Positions 8,372-18,239 are shown, numbered from the stretch's first letter. The stretch is DNA of 42,938 bases from a virus (IMGVR_UViG_2541047938_000003:1-42938); one strand, 5' to 3'. Program-made: numbers and translations. The notes: a model not told the origin generated them from the letters alone.

Positions 8372-8605
8372 ATGAGCACTGAACTACACCGCTGGCGCAA
8401 GGCCGCCACTACCGACGAATGGGCGCAGCTCGCAAAGTTGGCTAACACGACGCCAGGTTACCTGGACCAGATCGCCTACGGAAATCGCCGGGCATCTCCA
8501 GAAATGGCATCTGCTATCGAGAAAGGCACGAAGAATTTTCACCGCCAGGCTCCGGTCCTAAAAGAAAGCCTGGTATTCGCATCGCCGCGTGATACTGCGG
8601 CCTAA
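8372..8605 (+). CDS. Cro/YdaS-like small HTH regulator
   Basis: 77 aa, divergent from the repressor; GGAG RBS; HTH-like WAQLAKLANTTPGYLDQIAYG. Confidence 0.6.
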   Translation: MSTELHRWRKAATTDEWAQLAKLANTTPGYLDQIAYGNRRASPEMASAIEKGTKNFHRQAPVLKESLVFASPRDTAA

Positions 8606-8622
8606 CCACGAAAGGGAAAGCA

Positions 8623-9165
8623 ATGCATTCACTTGCGTATCAACACAATACCGGAATACACCCGGGAGCGATGATAAACCGCGCTCAAGCTAAAGCGACG
8701 CCGGACCACGAAAAGATCCGCGATGCGGTCCGTGCCTGGTCATCGGCGCTGGATAATCAGGACGTGGTGTCAGCGCTGATCATCAACGAATACCGGGAGC
8801 AGGGCGGGACCGCCATCAGCTTTCCGGACGACATCAGCCGGGCGCGCCAGAAGCTGTTCCGCTTCCTGGATAACCGCTTCGACTCTGAGCAGTACCGCGA
8901 GAACGTGCGCCAGCTGACGCCCGCAATCATGGCCGTTTTGCCGCTGGAGTATCGCCATCGACTTCTTCCAGAGGACAGTTTTATGTCCCGCTTAGCTCGA
9001 CTTGAGAAAGAAACGAGCGAGGCGAAAGTGGCCGTTGCGATGAACGCCCCGCGTCACCAGAAGCTCAAGGAACTCAGTGAGGGGATTGTAGAGATGTTCC
9101 GTGTCGACCCGGATCTGACCGCGCCGCTGATGGCTATGGTCACTTCGATGTTGGGGGTTATGTGA
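8623..9165 (+). CDS. CII-position regulatory protein (possibly YdaT-like)
   Basis: 180 aa directly after the cro-like gene; family assignment is a memory-based guess. Confidence 0.4.
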   Translation: MHSLAYQHNTGIHPGAMINRAQAKATPDHEKIRDAVRAWSSALDNQDVVSALIINEYREQGGTAISFPDDISRARQKLFRFLDNRFDSEQYRENVRQLTPAIMAVLPLEYRHRLLPEDSFMSRLARLEKETSEAKVAVAMNAPRHQKLKELSEGIVEMFRVDPDLTAPLMAMVTSMLGVM

Positions 9166-9255
9166 TGGGAAGTTTCAAAAATGGCGAAAGCCAGTCTGCG
9201 CGAACAGAACTGGCCTTCAGATGCAAATCGTGTGCACTCATTGCAGGAGGAATAA

Positions 9256-9401
9256 TGGCAAAAAATCCACGCTATTACCATACCGCTGTACATAAAAACA
9301 TAACCCGCGACCGCTTCATCCGCTCGGTTAACCCGATTGTGGCAGAGAAGATGCGCGCCATCCTGGAAGAACTGAAACGTAAGGAGAGTGGCCGTGGGTA
9401 A
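9256..9401 (+). CDS. Small hypothetical protein
   Basis: ATG at 9256 preceded by AGGAGG; 48 aa (MAKNPRYYHTAVHKNITRDRF...). Confidence 0.3.
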
Positions 9402-10293
9402 CGTATCCAATTTAGCCGAAGCCAGAGAGGCCAGAAGGCTCCAGAAACCGCGCACGAATGACGGTAAGGGGTTTGCCTTGCTGCACCGTAAAATTATGGA
9501 TGTGCCGTTCTACAAGGACGCTGAGGCGGCTCATTTATGGGTTCACATGCTCCTGCGTGCTAATCACGAACAGACACTGGTATCTACTGATGTTGGCGAT
9601 GTGATCTGCGAGCGCGGAGAGTTCATCACCGGGCGAAACACACTGGCAATGGAAACGGGTTTGACCGCTGATCGCGTTAAATCCCTTCTCCGTAAATTCC
9701 AGAATCTGGGCATGATCACCACCAAATCGAACAACCGTTTTACTGTTCTAAAAGTGGTCAAATATGACGAATATCAGTCAAATTTTTGTCCAGCAGATGT
9801 CCAGCCAGCGTCCAGCCCAAACATAGTCGTACCAATGCCTGCGGAGGTGGAGTGTCCAGCCGATGTCCAGCCAGTGTCCACAGATAACAATATATTAAAT
9901 AACTTACTACCTAACGGTAGTAAGTATGTCGCAAATGACCAGAAACCCGCTGAAGAGAAAAAGTCTCGTTTGTCATGCGATGAAGTATGGCAATGCCTGA
10001 AAGACGAACTGCCTGAAGCACGGGGATGGAGATGCCTCACTGATGAGCGACGCAATCTGATCCGCACATTCTGGGGTAAGGCTAATAAGATTGCCCGCAA
10101 CCTGGACGGCAAGCCGATGGATATGGACGGTTTCAGAAGCTATCTGCGTTACATCGCTCAGAACTGCCGCTGGATGCTTGAAGACCGACCAGACCAGAAG
10201 TCTGGGAAGACCTGGCGCCGCATGAAATTCGATAAGTTCCTGACCGAAAAGCTCTACATCGAAGTGCGCGAGGGGGATCGTGATGACCGCTGA
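9394..10293 (+). CDS. Replication initiator (lambda O-like role) with internal iterons
   Basis: Winged-helix-like N-terminus; embedded repeats and adjacent AT-rich tract; followed by DnaB helicase. Start may be GTG 9388 or 9394. Confidence 0.6.
   Translation: MGNVSNLAEAREARRLQKPRTNDGKGFALLHRKIMDVPFYKDAEAAHLWVHMLLRANHEQTLVSTDVGDVICERGEFITGRNTLAMETGLTADRVKSLLRKFQNLGMITTKSNNRFTVLKVVKYDEYQSNFCPADVQPASSPNIVVPMPAEVECPADVQPVSTDNNILNNLLPNGSKYVANDQKPAEEKKSRLSCDEVWQCLKDELPEARGWRCLTDERRNLIRTFWGKANKIARNLDGKPMDMDGFRSYLRYIAQNCRWMLEDRPDQKSGKTWRRMKFDKFLTEKLYIEVREGDRDDR
9787..9884. repeat. Candidate origin iterons (about six copies of TGTCCAGCC-like motif) inside the initiator gene
   Basis: TGTCCAGC 9787, TGTCCAGCC 9798, CGTCCAGCC 9810, TGTCCAGCC 9853, TGTCCAGCC 9865, TGTCCACA 9877; followed by AT-rich tract and palindrome CTTACTACC-TAAC-GGTAGTAAG (9904-9925). 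Confidence 0.5.
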
Positions 10294-11716
10294 TTTCATG
10301 GCTGTACCACAAAACCTCGAAGCAGAGCAGAGCGTTATCGGTGGCCTGCTGCTGGATGATGACAACAGCGAGCGAGTCCAGAAGGTTCTGGCGATGCTCA
10401 AGCCTGAATCGTTCTACAGCCGACCTCACCAGCTGATCTTTGCCGAGATGCGCCAGATGTTCCGCGACAACAAGCCAGTCGATGGTCTGACATTGTTCGA
10501 CGCGCTCGAAGGCAAAGGGCTCGCGGAGCAGGTAGGTGGCTTTGCTTACCTGGCGGAGATCGCCAAGAACACTCCCAGCGCTGCAAACATCGTGGCATAC
10601 GCTGCGTCAGTCCGGGAAGCCGCAATGGAGCGCTACGGTATCAGCCGCCTGACCGAAGCTACTGAGCTGCTGTATTCCCGCAATGGCATGAGCGCCACGC
10701 AGAAGTACGAGGCCATTCAGGGTATTTTCACCCAGCTCGCAGACCATTCAAAAACCGGTAGTCGCCGTGGGTTGCGGTCGTTCGGCGAGGTTATGGATGA
10801 CTGGGTAGCAGATCTGGAGAAACGCTTTGACCCTTCAGGCGAACAGCGCGGCATGAGCACCGGCATCCTGTCACTCGACCGGCTGCTGGCGCCGAAAGGT
10901 CTGGTTAAAGGCTCTCTGTTCGTGATTGGCGCAAGGCCAAAGATGGGCAAGACAACCCTGTACGGTCAGATGGCGATCAACTGCGCGGTTCGTGAGAAAA
11001 AGCCAGCGCTGATGTTCAGCCTCGAAATGCCGGGCGACCAGATCCTCGAAAAACTGGTTGGTCAGAAGTCTGGAGTTAACCCGAGCATTTTTTACATGCC
11101 AGCCACGGATGACGCCGATGACCAGTACCAGGGCGATTACGACGGCGACTTTAAGAAGGCGATCGCCACCGCCGGGCGATTGAGTGAAATCGACATGCTG
11201 TACATCGACGATACTCCTGGCCTGTCACTGGCGCACATCGTTAGCGAAAGCCGCCGAATCAAGCGCGAGAAGGGCTGCGTAGGAATGATTTTGGTTGACT
11301 ACCTGACTCTGATGACCGCCGAAAAAGCCGACCGTAATGACCTTGCCTACGGGATGATCACCAAAGGGTTGAAGAACCTCGCTAAAGAGCTTGGCTGCGT
11401 CGTCGTGCTGCTGACCCAGCTCAACCGCGAACTGGAGAAGCGAGTGAATAAACGCCCGTTACCGAGCGATTCCCGCGACACAGGACAGATTGAGCAGGAC
11501 TGCGACTACTGGGTTGGTATCCACCGGGAAGGTGCTTTCGATGACAGCGTGCCGCCGGGAGAAACCGAGTTAATCCTGCGACTCAATCGCCACGGCAGTA
11601 CCGGAACGGTTTATTGCAATCAGATCAACGGGGCAATTTACGACACAGACCAGCAGGCCGCCGCCGCAGAACGACGCGGGCGTGAGCAGCAGCCGAAAAA
11701 GAAAGGGGGATTCTGA
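10283..11716 (+). CDS. dnaB: Replicative DNA helicase, DnaB family
   Basis: DnaB-type N-terminus (QNLEAEQSVIGGLLLDD), Walker A GARPKMGKTT, typical RecA-like core. Confidence 0.9.
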   Translation: MTADFMAVPQNLEAEQSVIGGLLLDDDNSERVQKVLAMLKPESFYSRPHQLIFAEMRQMFRDNKPVDGLTLFDALEGKGLAEQVGGFAYLAEIAKNTPSAANIVAYAASVREAAMERYGISRLTEATELLYSRNGMSATQKYEAIQGIFTQLADHSKTGSRRGLRSFGEVMDDWVADLEKRFDPSGEQRGMSTGILSLDRLLAPKGLVKGSLFVIGARPKMGKTTLYGQMAINCAVREKKPALMFSLEMPGDQILEKLVGQKSGVNPSIFYMPATDDADDQYQGDYDGDFKKAIATAGRLSEIDMLYIDDTPGLSLAHIVSESRRIKREKGCVGMILVDYLTLMTAEKADRNDLAYGMITKGLKNLAKELGCVVVLLTQLNRELEKRVNKRPLPSDSRDTGQIEQDCDYWVGIHREGAFDDSVPPGETELILRLNRHGSTGTVYCNQINGAIYDTDQQAAAAERRGREQQPKKKGGF

Positions 11717-12060
11717 TGACCATAACAATCCGCGGGCAGATTCTTGCAGCCCTGCGTAACAACCCGGGCCTGAACAGTGCTCGTATTGCCAGCATGATCG
11801 GCATGACCACCAAAAAGATTTCCGGCCCGTTAAGTACGTTGTTTGCAGACGGCCTGATCGAGTTCGAAGGCAAGCACGGACAGCGGCTTTATCGGCTGAC
11901 CGATTACGGCATGAAATACGCACCAGAAACAATCCCGGCTATGCCGAAGGGAAATTCGAAGCTGGTGCAGCGTACAGAGGCAAACGTGATCTGCCAGGAG
12001 TGCCGCAACAGCGCGGCGATGAGAAGGGTATTGATGGTTTGGGGGAGGGTAGGGGTATGA
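11716..12060 (+). CDS. Hypothetical winged-helix protein
   Basis: 114 aa; ILAALRNNPGLNSARIASMIGMTTKKISGPLSTLFADGLIE resembles a wHTH; stop overlaps next start (ATGA). Confidence 0.45.
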   Translation: MTITIRGQILAALRNNPGLNSARIASMIGMTTKKISGPLSTLFADGLIEFEGKHGQRLYRLTDYGMKYAPETIPAMPKGNSKLVQRTEANVICQECRNSAAMRRVLMVWGRVGV

Positions 12061-12518
12061 CAAACGTAAGTGCAGTAGAAAAAATGGCTGAATTAATGCA
12101 GCAGATGGAAGAGAACTCGCCCCGAGTTGCTGCTCTCCAGTATTGCCTGACACAGGTTGCGGAAAAAGTCGAAGAAGCAGAAAAGCGCAATGCGGAGCTT
12201 GAAGCCAGATGCGCTGCGCTGAGTGCGGAGAATTCGGGACTGAAGTCAGCGATTGACGCAACTATCGGATGGCAGCAATCAACCGATCCGGAGAATGTCG
12301 AAAGCGTTCGAATGCTGGTCGACGTTAAAACCCCGGTAACCGACGCTTTCCTGGCTGAAGTTCTGGCGCATGGGGTGGAGATGGCGGCTTGCGCTCTTGA
12401 TGACGTAAACCAGTTTAATTACGCAAACATGCTTGACGATTTAGCGCAGAAACTTCGCAAGGACTCCAACACCGCAGACCCGTTAGCCGCTGGCATCATC
12501 ACTGAGGTGGGGGATTAG
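12057..12518 (+). CDS. Hypothetical protein with coiled-coil segment
   Basis: ATG 12057 with G-rich RBS; 153 aa. Confidence 0.45.
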   Translation: MTNVSAVEKMAELMQQMEENSPRVAALQYCLTQVAEKVEEAEKRNAELEARCAALSAENSGLKSAIDATIGWQQSTDPENVESVRMLVDVKTPVTDAFLAEVLAHGVEMAACALDDVNQFNYANMLDDLAQKLRKDSNTADPLAAGIITEVGD

Positions 12519-12521
12519 GGT

Positions 12522-12749
12522 ATGGCTAAGTCACAAATGAAATTGGCTAATCGCGCATGGCGTACAGAAACAAAGGCTTTGGGCTGGCATGAAGGGCGTG
12601 GGATGAATCGCAAGCAATGGAAAACTTTCTGCCGGGAAAATGCCGCCACAACCGTAGAGTCGCAAAAATACAGCGATTGTCCTGTATTTGGCGATCAGCA
12701 AGAAGCCAGAGAAATCGTTGCCGAAGAACTTACCGAATGGACACTATAG
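12522..12749 (+). CDS. Hypothetical small protein
   Basis: 75-aa ORF in operon context. Confidence 0.4.
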   Translation: MAKSQMKLANRAWRTETKALGWHEGRGMNRKQWKTFCRENAATTVESQKYSDCPVFGDQQEAREIVAEELTEWTL

Positions 12750-12758
12750 GACTAACCC

Positions 12759-13430
12759 ATGACCAAACTAACCAAAGAACGCTTGGAAGAAATCGCAGAG
12801 CTTGCAAGAAAGGCGACGTACAAGCCATGTGCAATGCACATGACGAATTTATTGGTAGTATGCGATAGCGAAGTTATCGAGGAAATGGCCCGCCAGTTGC
12901 TTGCAAGCATGGAGCAGGAGCCTGTGTCGTACACCTGTAGTGACGCGTTAGATGATGTTTACTGTGGTAGCGCAGCCATGATGGGGCCCGCTGGCGCTGT
13001 GGGAGAAGTACCACTCTACGCAGCACCACAGTTACCGCAGCCAGCGGTGTTATCAGTGTCTGAGGGCGTGCTTAAAAGCCTCTTACCCGATGTTGAGAAG
13101 TCCGAGTTCTGGTTTGAGCATAATGGGAAAATCTTTTTTGAAGGTGTGAGGTTTAACAATGCGGTATTTGAAGCCTGCCGCGCCGCCATGCTTCAGGGTG
13201 CCGAACTTGTAAGTAATCGTGATGAGTTGCCGGATGGTTGGGTGGCTTGCAGTGAGCGGATGCCGGAGAAAGCTGATGAAGTTTTGTGTGCCAAAGAATT
13301 CGATGGTCCAGGTGATTGGCGCCAAAAGGTTGGTTATTACTTAGCGGGGAAATGGACGGTGTATAGCGCATCATGGACGCCGACCCACTGGATGCCACTG
13401 CCAGCAGCACCGCGGCAGGAGGTGAAGTGA
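12759..13430 (+). CDS. DUF551-like phage protein
   Basis: C-terminal WVACSERMPE...VLCA...GYYLAGKWTVYSASWTPTHWMPLP matches the remembered DUF551 pattern. Confidence 0.55.
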   Translation: MTKLTKERLEEIAELARKATYKPCAMHMTNLLVVCDSEVIEEMARQLLASMEQEPVSYTCSDALDDVYCGSAAMMGPAGAVGEVPLYAAPQLPQPAVLSVSEGVLKSLLPDVEKSEFWFEHNGKIFFEGVRFNNAVFEACRAAMLQGAELVSNRDELPDGWVACSERMPEKADEVLCAKEFDGPGDWRQKVGYYLAGKWTVYSASWTPTHWMPLPAAPRQEVK

Positions 13431-13467
13431 CGAACAAGATGACGAGAGTTACCATAGATATAAATCA

Positions 13468-13489
13468 AGGCCCTTAGGGGCCTTTTATT
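13468..13489 (+). terminator. Rho-independent terminator
   Basis: AGGCCC-TTAG-GGGCCT perfect 6-bp stem followed by TTTTATT. Confidence 0.65.
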
Positions 13490-13523
13490 CTATGATAAAC
13501 GGACTTTGTTTGAGAGTGACGCC

Positions 13524-13850
13524 ATGAAGCCCAAGAAGCTAAATGCTGAGCAGCAATACAAATTAGACCTTGAATTGGTCAAGAAGAAGCCTGCGAACCG
13601 GACCGAGGCAAAAGCCCATTTGGCCGCACAGTTACGGATCAGCAAGTACAAGACGCAGACCTCTTCCAAAATCCGCGTAGGCAGTTTTAAGGGGCGGAAG
13701 AAGGTACATTTCAGTAAGGCGGAACAAGCAGCCAGGGCAGCACTAAATAAAGCAAATGCCATTAGATTTTCCGAAGGGGAGGTCGAGTCCGTCGATACGG
13801 ATAGAATCTCAGAAAGTAACAAACGCTGGCGCGGGAGAACTGCTGACTAA
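13524..13850 (+). CDS. Hypothetical basic protein
   Basis: K/R-rich ~108 aa ([11 protein letters not shown]...); start could also be 13506. Confidence 0.4.
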   Translation: MKPKKLNAEQQYKLDLELVKKKPANRTEAKAHLAAQLRISKYKTQTSSKIRVGSFKGRKKVHFSKAEQAARAALNKANAIRFSEGEVESVDTDRISESNKRWRGRTAD

Positions 13851-14104
13851 TGTCTGACTGGAATATTGCTGCAAAGCCGCAGGAAGAACGCGACAAGGTC
13901 AACGTTGACCTGGCAGCCTCCGGCGTAGCCTACAAAGAGCGCCTGAACATGCCGGTTATCGCTGAGGTGGTGATGCGTGAGCAGCCCGAGCATTTGCGTG
14001 ATTACTTCCTTGAGCGTCTGAAGTTTTATCGCGAGAAGTCGATAGATTTACCAAGGGCATCCGATCCGCGGTACATGGAAATGGCTGATTCTAATAAAAA
14101 ATAA
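13850..14104 (+). CDS. Hypothetical protein
   Basis: 84-aa ORF immediately following with overlapping stop/start. Confidence 0.4.
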   Translation: MSDWNIAAKPQEERDKVNVDLAASGVAYKERLNMPVIAEVVMREQPEHLRDYFLERLKFYREKSIDLPRASDPRYMEMADSNKK

Positions 14105-14155
14105 GCCCTAACGTGTTGATGACCTTATCAGACCTAAACAGGAGGTTTTTCTAAA

Positions 14156-14695
14156 GTGATTAATATCATTGTTGATTCCAATGCTTGGAATTTTTTACAT
14201 GTGAGTGGGATCTCCTTAAGCAACGAGCTTCTTAGCGATTATAACTTTCAGATAACATTAGAGGTGTCTCGTGAATTGCAGGAGTTAGTGGGCAAGGAAG
14301 GGAAGGAAGCTCTTTATGAATTCTTTGTAAGTGAGACTCAGTCGCTTGAAGAGCCCTTATGCTATTTTGGTTTTTACAATGAGTCAGTGCCTGCTGATGA
14401 ACAGCGGTTTGGTGGATTTGGTGTTGGCGGGTTCGCATCTGTTCATCAAGATGATTATTTTCAGAAAACATTCCGCCAAATAAAATCATCAAAGCGTGGT
14501 ATTTATTATGGCAATGAAGCTGACATGCTGATCGGGTCAAGAGGAATTGGGAACACTTTCATACTAACAGAAGATAATAATAAGTCAGGCCCGATGAAAG
14601 AGGCTGAGAACACTATCTTTGTTTCAAGAAAATTTCCTATGACTGTGGAGCAGTTTAAGGAATATCTTGATCTTGAAACCTCAAAAACTCTTTAG
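14156..14695 (+). CDS. AT-rich accessory protein (moron), function unknown
   Basis: GTG start preceded by AGGAGG; markedly AT-rich by eye; N-terminal IIVDSNAW plus later acidic residues loosely PIN-like (speculative). Confidence 0.5.
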   Translation: MINIIVDSNAWNFLHVSGISLSNELLSDYNFQITLEVSRELQELVGKEGKEALYEFFVSETQSLEEPLCYFGFYNESVPADEQRFGGFGVGGFASVHQDDYFQKTFRQIKSSKRGIYYGNEADMLIGSRGIGNTFILTEDNNKSGPMKEAENTIFVSRKFPMTVEQFKEYLDLETSKTL

Positions 14696-14882
14696 TTACT
14701 GCGCTTTGATTTTTCATAATCACTCCGCCATAATCATGTCATCGGAGCCTGAACAACTCCGGTGACTTCTTCGCATTTAAGGGGACTTAAATGCGACCAC
14801 AATCTGAACTCATCGCCTTGTCACAGATGCAGACATGCACCTGCGATTTTCTGCATTCTGCGGTTTCCGTCAAGGAGGCCGT

Positions 14883-15338
14883 ATGATTATCCCCAAAGAC
14901 GGCATCAAGCTACACCGTGGAAATCTTGGTGCTATCACTCAGCATCTGAAGCCACTTCTCGAAAACGGTGAGTGCTTCCGGCTCCAACTCAAAGACTGGC
15001 GCGAGAAGAGAAGCCTTTCACAAAATAGTCTGAGCCACGTTTGGTACAAGGAAATAAGCGACTACCTGATCAAGTCTGGGCGCACTGACGCAACGCCTGC
15101 ATGGGTAAAGCGAAACCTCAAAAAAACTTATCTGGGTTATGAAGAGGTTGAGTACACCGATTTCGTCACCGGAATTAAGACGATTGAATTAGAACTCCGC
15201 CACACGTCCGATCTGGACACTGGCGACATGCACCATTTCATGTGCCAGGTGGAAGGCTGGTGCGCTCAGTTTGGCCTGGTGCTCACAATCCCTCAAAGCA
15301 GCGAATTTCAGGTGCTGCGCGATAAGCAGGAGGCCTGA
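14883..15338 (+). CDS. ninB: NinB-like recombination protein
   Basis: ATG 14883 after AGGAGG; SLSQNSLSHVWYKEIS resembles lambda NinB SLDQNRKLWACLGDVS. Confidence 0.7.
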   Translation: MIIPKDGIKLHRGNLGAITQHLKPLLENGECFRLQLKDWREKRSLSQNSLSHVWYKEISDYLIKSGRTDATPAWVKRNLKKTYLGYEEVEYTDFVTGIKTIELELRHTSDLDTGDMHHFMCQVEGWCAQFGLVLTIPQSSEFQVLRDKQEA

Positions 15339-15508
15339 TGTCAACTCCACTTTCCCGCGTCATCACAAACGAAATCTTTCGCGTTCCGGCGCGCCGCAAG
15401 CCTAAGCCCGCGGTTAAGCCGTCCGATATCCCGACCCTGAAAGACTACACCGCCCGCCTGGTGGATCAGAAATGGCTGCGTCTCGCAGCGAGGAGAAAAT
15501 CAGCATGA
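15338..15508 (+). CDS. ninE: NinE-like small protein (56 aa), not in the supplied track
   Basis: Hand translation [56 protein letters not shown]; C-terminus resembles lambda NinE; ATGA overlaps on both sides. Confidence 0.55.
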   Translation: MSTPLSRVITNEIFRVPARRKPKPAVKPSDIPTLKDYTARLVDQKWLRLAARRKSA

Positions 15509-16173
15509 GCATGTATCAACGAATTAATGGCGCTGACTGGCGCAATATCTTCGTCGTCGGCGATCTGCATGGGTGCTACACGCTGCTGATGAATGAGCTC
15601 GAAAAGGTTTCGTTCGACCCTGCGCGTGATTTGCTGATCTCGGTTGGTGACCTTGTTGACCGCGGCGCGGAAAACGTCGAGTGCCTGGATCTGATTACTA
15701 TGCCGTGGTTCAGGGCAGTGCGCGGTAACCATGAGCAGATGATGGTTGATGGGCTTTCAGAGCATGGAAACGTCAATCACTGGCTGGTAAACGGTGGCGG
15801 TTGGTTCTTCAATCTCGACTATGACAAAGAGGTGCTGGCTAAGGCTCTGGTTCACAAGGCAGCTGAGTTACCACTCATCATCGAGCTGGTTACCTCCGAT
15901 CGGAAAATCGTAATTTGCCACGCTGACTACCCGCATAACGAATATGCGTTCGACAAGCCGGTCCCGAAAGACATGGTCATCTGGAATCGTGAGCGGGTTA
16001 GCGACGCTCAGGGCGGCATTGTCTCGCCGATAGCCGGTGCTGATCTGTTTATCTTCGGCCACACCCCTGCGCGCCAGCCCCTGAAGTATGCCAACCAGAT
16101 GTACATCGACACAGGAGCGGTGTTTTGCGGAAACCTCACGCTGGTTCAGGTGCAAGGTGGTGACCATGAGTAA
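15505..16173 (+). CDS. ninI: Ser/Thr protein phosphatase, lambda NinI-like
   Basis: Near-identical blocks to lambda NinI from memory: [84 protein letters not shown]. Confidence 0.9.
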   Translation: MSMYQRINGADWRNIFVVGDLHGCYTLLMNELEKVSFDPARDLLISVGDLVDRGAENVECLDLITMPWFRAVRGNHEQMMVDGLSEHGNVNHWLVNGGGWFFNLDYDKEVLAKALVHKAAELPLIIELVTSDRKIVICHADYPHNEYAFDKPVPKDMVIWNRERVSDAQGGIVSPIAGADLFIFGHTPARQPLKYANQMYIDTGAVFCGNLTLVQVQGGDHE

Positions 16174-16450
16174 AACCTACCGCAGCAAGAAGTGGCTCGC
16201 CGCAGTCGGCCAGATTGAGCAATGCGTCCTTTGCGGAGCGTGGGGCGTACAGGTAGCACACCGCAATGAAGGTAAGGGAATTGGCATGAAGACAGACGAC
16301 TGCGCCACCGCCGCTATCTGTGTCACCTGCCATTCAGAGATTGATAACGGGAAGGGGCTTAGCCGTGACGAGCGCCGCCAGTTAATGGATCGCGCCATCG
16401 TCCTGACCATTATTCAGATTGCCCGTCGTGGCTTGGTGGTGCCTGCATGA
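16166..16450 (+). CDS. YbcO-like (DUF1364) putative nuclease
   Basis: Start MSKTYRSKK...; Cys/His pattern CVLCGAW...VAH...CVTCHSEID resembles DLP12 YbcO. Confidence 0.55.
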   Translation: MSKTYRSKKWLAAVGQIEQCVLCGAWGVQVAHRNEGKGIGMKTDDCATAAICVTCHSEIDNGKGLSRDERRQLMDRAIVLTIIQIARRGLVVPA

Positions 16451-16806
16451 AAATCTACGACATCACACCAATCGGCAAGCCTCGCATGACCCGCGCGGAT
16501 AAGTGGAAGCAGCGTCCACCTGTAATGCGTTACCGCGCTTTTTGCGATGAGGTCCGCCTGCGCAAGTTGACCATGCCTGAATCCGGATCACATGTGACAT
16601 TCGTCCTACCAATGCCACCAAGCTGGAGTAAGAAGAAACGAGCGGAGTTCGCCGGGAAGCCCCACCAGGCCAAGCCAGACTGCGACAACATGCTGAAAGC
16701 CCTGATGGATGCGCTTTATGAGGATGATGCTCACATCTGGGATTGCCGCATCACAAAGGTCTGGGGAGAGAAGGGGCAGATCATTATCGGGGAGTGCGCA
16801 CCGTGA
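16447..16806 (+). CDS. rusA: RusA-family Holliday junction resolvase
   Basis: KPDCDNMLKALMDALYEDD motif characteristic of RusA; nin-region position. Confidence 0.8.
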   Translation: MKIYDITPIGKPRMTRADKWKQRPPVMRYRAFCDEVRLRKLTMPESGSHVTFVLPMPPSWSKKKRAEFAGKPHQAKPDCDNMLKALMDALYEDDAHIWDCRITKVWGEKGQIIIGECAP

Positions 16807-16915
16807 CCAGAGACGAGATAACCCGATATCAGGCCGAAAGCGTTAAGCGCGCCAACCTGCCGCCAATAGCAAAGCACAGCCAGACCAAAACCAACCAGCC
16901 ACAGAAGGAAGCCGC

Positions 16916-17605
16916 ATGAACAGTCAGCAACTGGAATACGTACGTCAGCAGCTCATTGTGGCGACCGCAGACCTCAGCGGGGCGACGAAAGGGCAGCTGG
17001 TCGCTTTCGCCGAGAACGCTCAATTCACCGCGACGGCGCGCAGCCGGGGGCGGAAGAAAGTCTATGACGCGCAGAAAAAGCGCATGGTTAACCCCGACGG
17101 CCCGCCGATGAGCGGCAGTCAGTCACGCGCCAAGGGCTCGTCAATCGCGCTGGTGAGTCCGGTAGAGTTCGGCACCGCATCATGGCGCCGCGCTGTCCTG
17201 TCTCTGGAAGACCATCAGAGAGCATGGTTGCTCTGGACCTACAGCGACAATATCTGCTGGGAGCTCCAGGAGACGATTGTCCGCTGGGCGTGGGAGCAAT
17301 TCAACCAACAATTTGCAGGTGTGCGCATTGCAAAGAAAACGGTAGATCGCCTGCGTCAGCTCATCTGGCTGGCGGCTCAGAATGAAAAAGCAGATATTTC
17401 AGGCAGGGAAGGCTGCTTACGTTATGCGCCAGCTTCTATGATCGGAATTAAACCCGATAACTGGAGCCATAACTATTCTGGCTACTGGCGGGCTATGGGG
17501 GAAATTTTCCAAGGATTGGACAGACAAGCTTTGCTGACGGTTTCTCGATCACGTTCACAACAAAAAACGACTTTTTCGCGGCATGGTATTGCAAAAGTCA
17601 ATTAA
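16916..17605 (+). CDS. Putative late-gene antiterminator (Q-like)
   Basis: 229 aa, last gene before terminator/tRNA/lysis region; family resemblance is memory-based and weak. Confidence 0.5.
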   Translation: MNSQQLEYVRQQLIVATADLSGATKGQLVAFAENAQFTATARSRGRKKVYDAQKKRMVNPDGPPMSGSQSRAKGSSIALVSPVEFGTASWRRAVLSLEDHQRAWLLWTYSDNICWELQETIVRWAWEQFNQQFAGVRIAKKTVDRLRQLIWLAAQNEKADISGREGCLRYAPASMIGIKPDNWSHNYSGYWRAMGEIFQGLDRQALLTVSRSRSQQKTTFSRHGIAKVN

Positions 17606-17671
17606 ATAGCATATATTTCATGTAAATCTGATATCGTCGCCATAGCTTCGTAGGTCGACAAAGAATTAAGA

Positions 17672-17696
17672 GCCTCGCCATCGTGCGGGGCTTTTT
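17672..17696 (+). terminator. Rho-independent terminator (candidate tR'-like)
   Basis: GCCTCGC-CATCGT-GCGGGGC stem (one G-U pair) followed by TTTTT. Confidence 0.55.
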
Positions 17697-17703
17697 CATT
17701 TCA

Positions 17704-17778
17704 GGGTCAGAAGCACAGCGGTTGTGCGTTCGGCTGTTAACCGAATGGTCGAAGGTTCGAATCCTTCCTGTCCCGCCA
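17704..17778 (+). tRNA. tRNA-Asn-like gene (anticodon GUU), phage-encoded
   Basis: Hand-folded cloverleaf: D-stem GCAC/GTGC, anticodon stem TTCGG/CCGAA with loop CTGTTAA, T-arm GAAGG-TTCGAAT-CCTTC, 3' GCCA; one U-U mismatch in acceptor stem. Confidence 0.55.
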
Positions 17779-17813
17779 AATTCGCCGGTCTAGTTCAGTG
17801 GCAGAGGTGGTAA

Positions 17814-18239
17814 ATGCCGAGCAAAGATTACTATCTTAATCGAAGGGCTAGGCTTGCTAAGGCCGTGGAAAAGTTGGGTGGTCGTTGCGCGAGTTGCGGA
17901 TCCGAATATTCGCTTCAGTTTGACCACATAGACCCTTCCACCAAATCAGCAAATGTAAGCGAGATGCACTATCACTCAGATTCGGTGTTTTATGCTGAGG
18001 TTGAAAAGTGCCAACTACTATGTTCTGCATGCCACATTCAGAAAACCAAATTTGACCTTAGCTACTTAGTAGCTGGTGAGCTGAATGGTATGAGCAAGCT
18101 AACAATGGACAGCGTCCAGTTCATCAGAGAAAACTACATTCCACGACATAAGGTTTATGGAGCCAGAGGGCTAGGGAGAATGTTTGGTGTAACACATCAA
18201 ACAGTGCTTTCAGCCTTAAATGGCGAAACCTGGAAATAA
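17814..18239 (+). CDS. HNH homing-type endonuclease
   Basis: CASCGSEYSLQFDHIDP ... CQLLCSACH matches the HNH zinc-finger nuclease pattern; AT-rich; flanked by tRNA-like sequence. Confidence 0.75.
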   Translation: MPSKDYYLNRRARLAKAVEKLGGRCASCGSEYSLQFDHIDPSTKSANVSEMHYHSDSVFYAEVEKCQLLCSACHIQKTKFDLSYLVAGELNGMSKLTMDSVQFIRENYIPRHKVYGARGLGRMFGVTHQTVLSALNGETWK

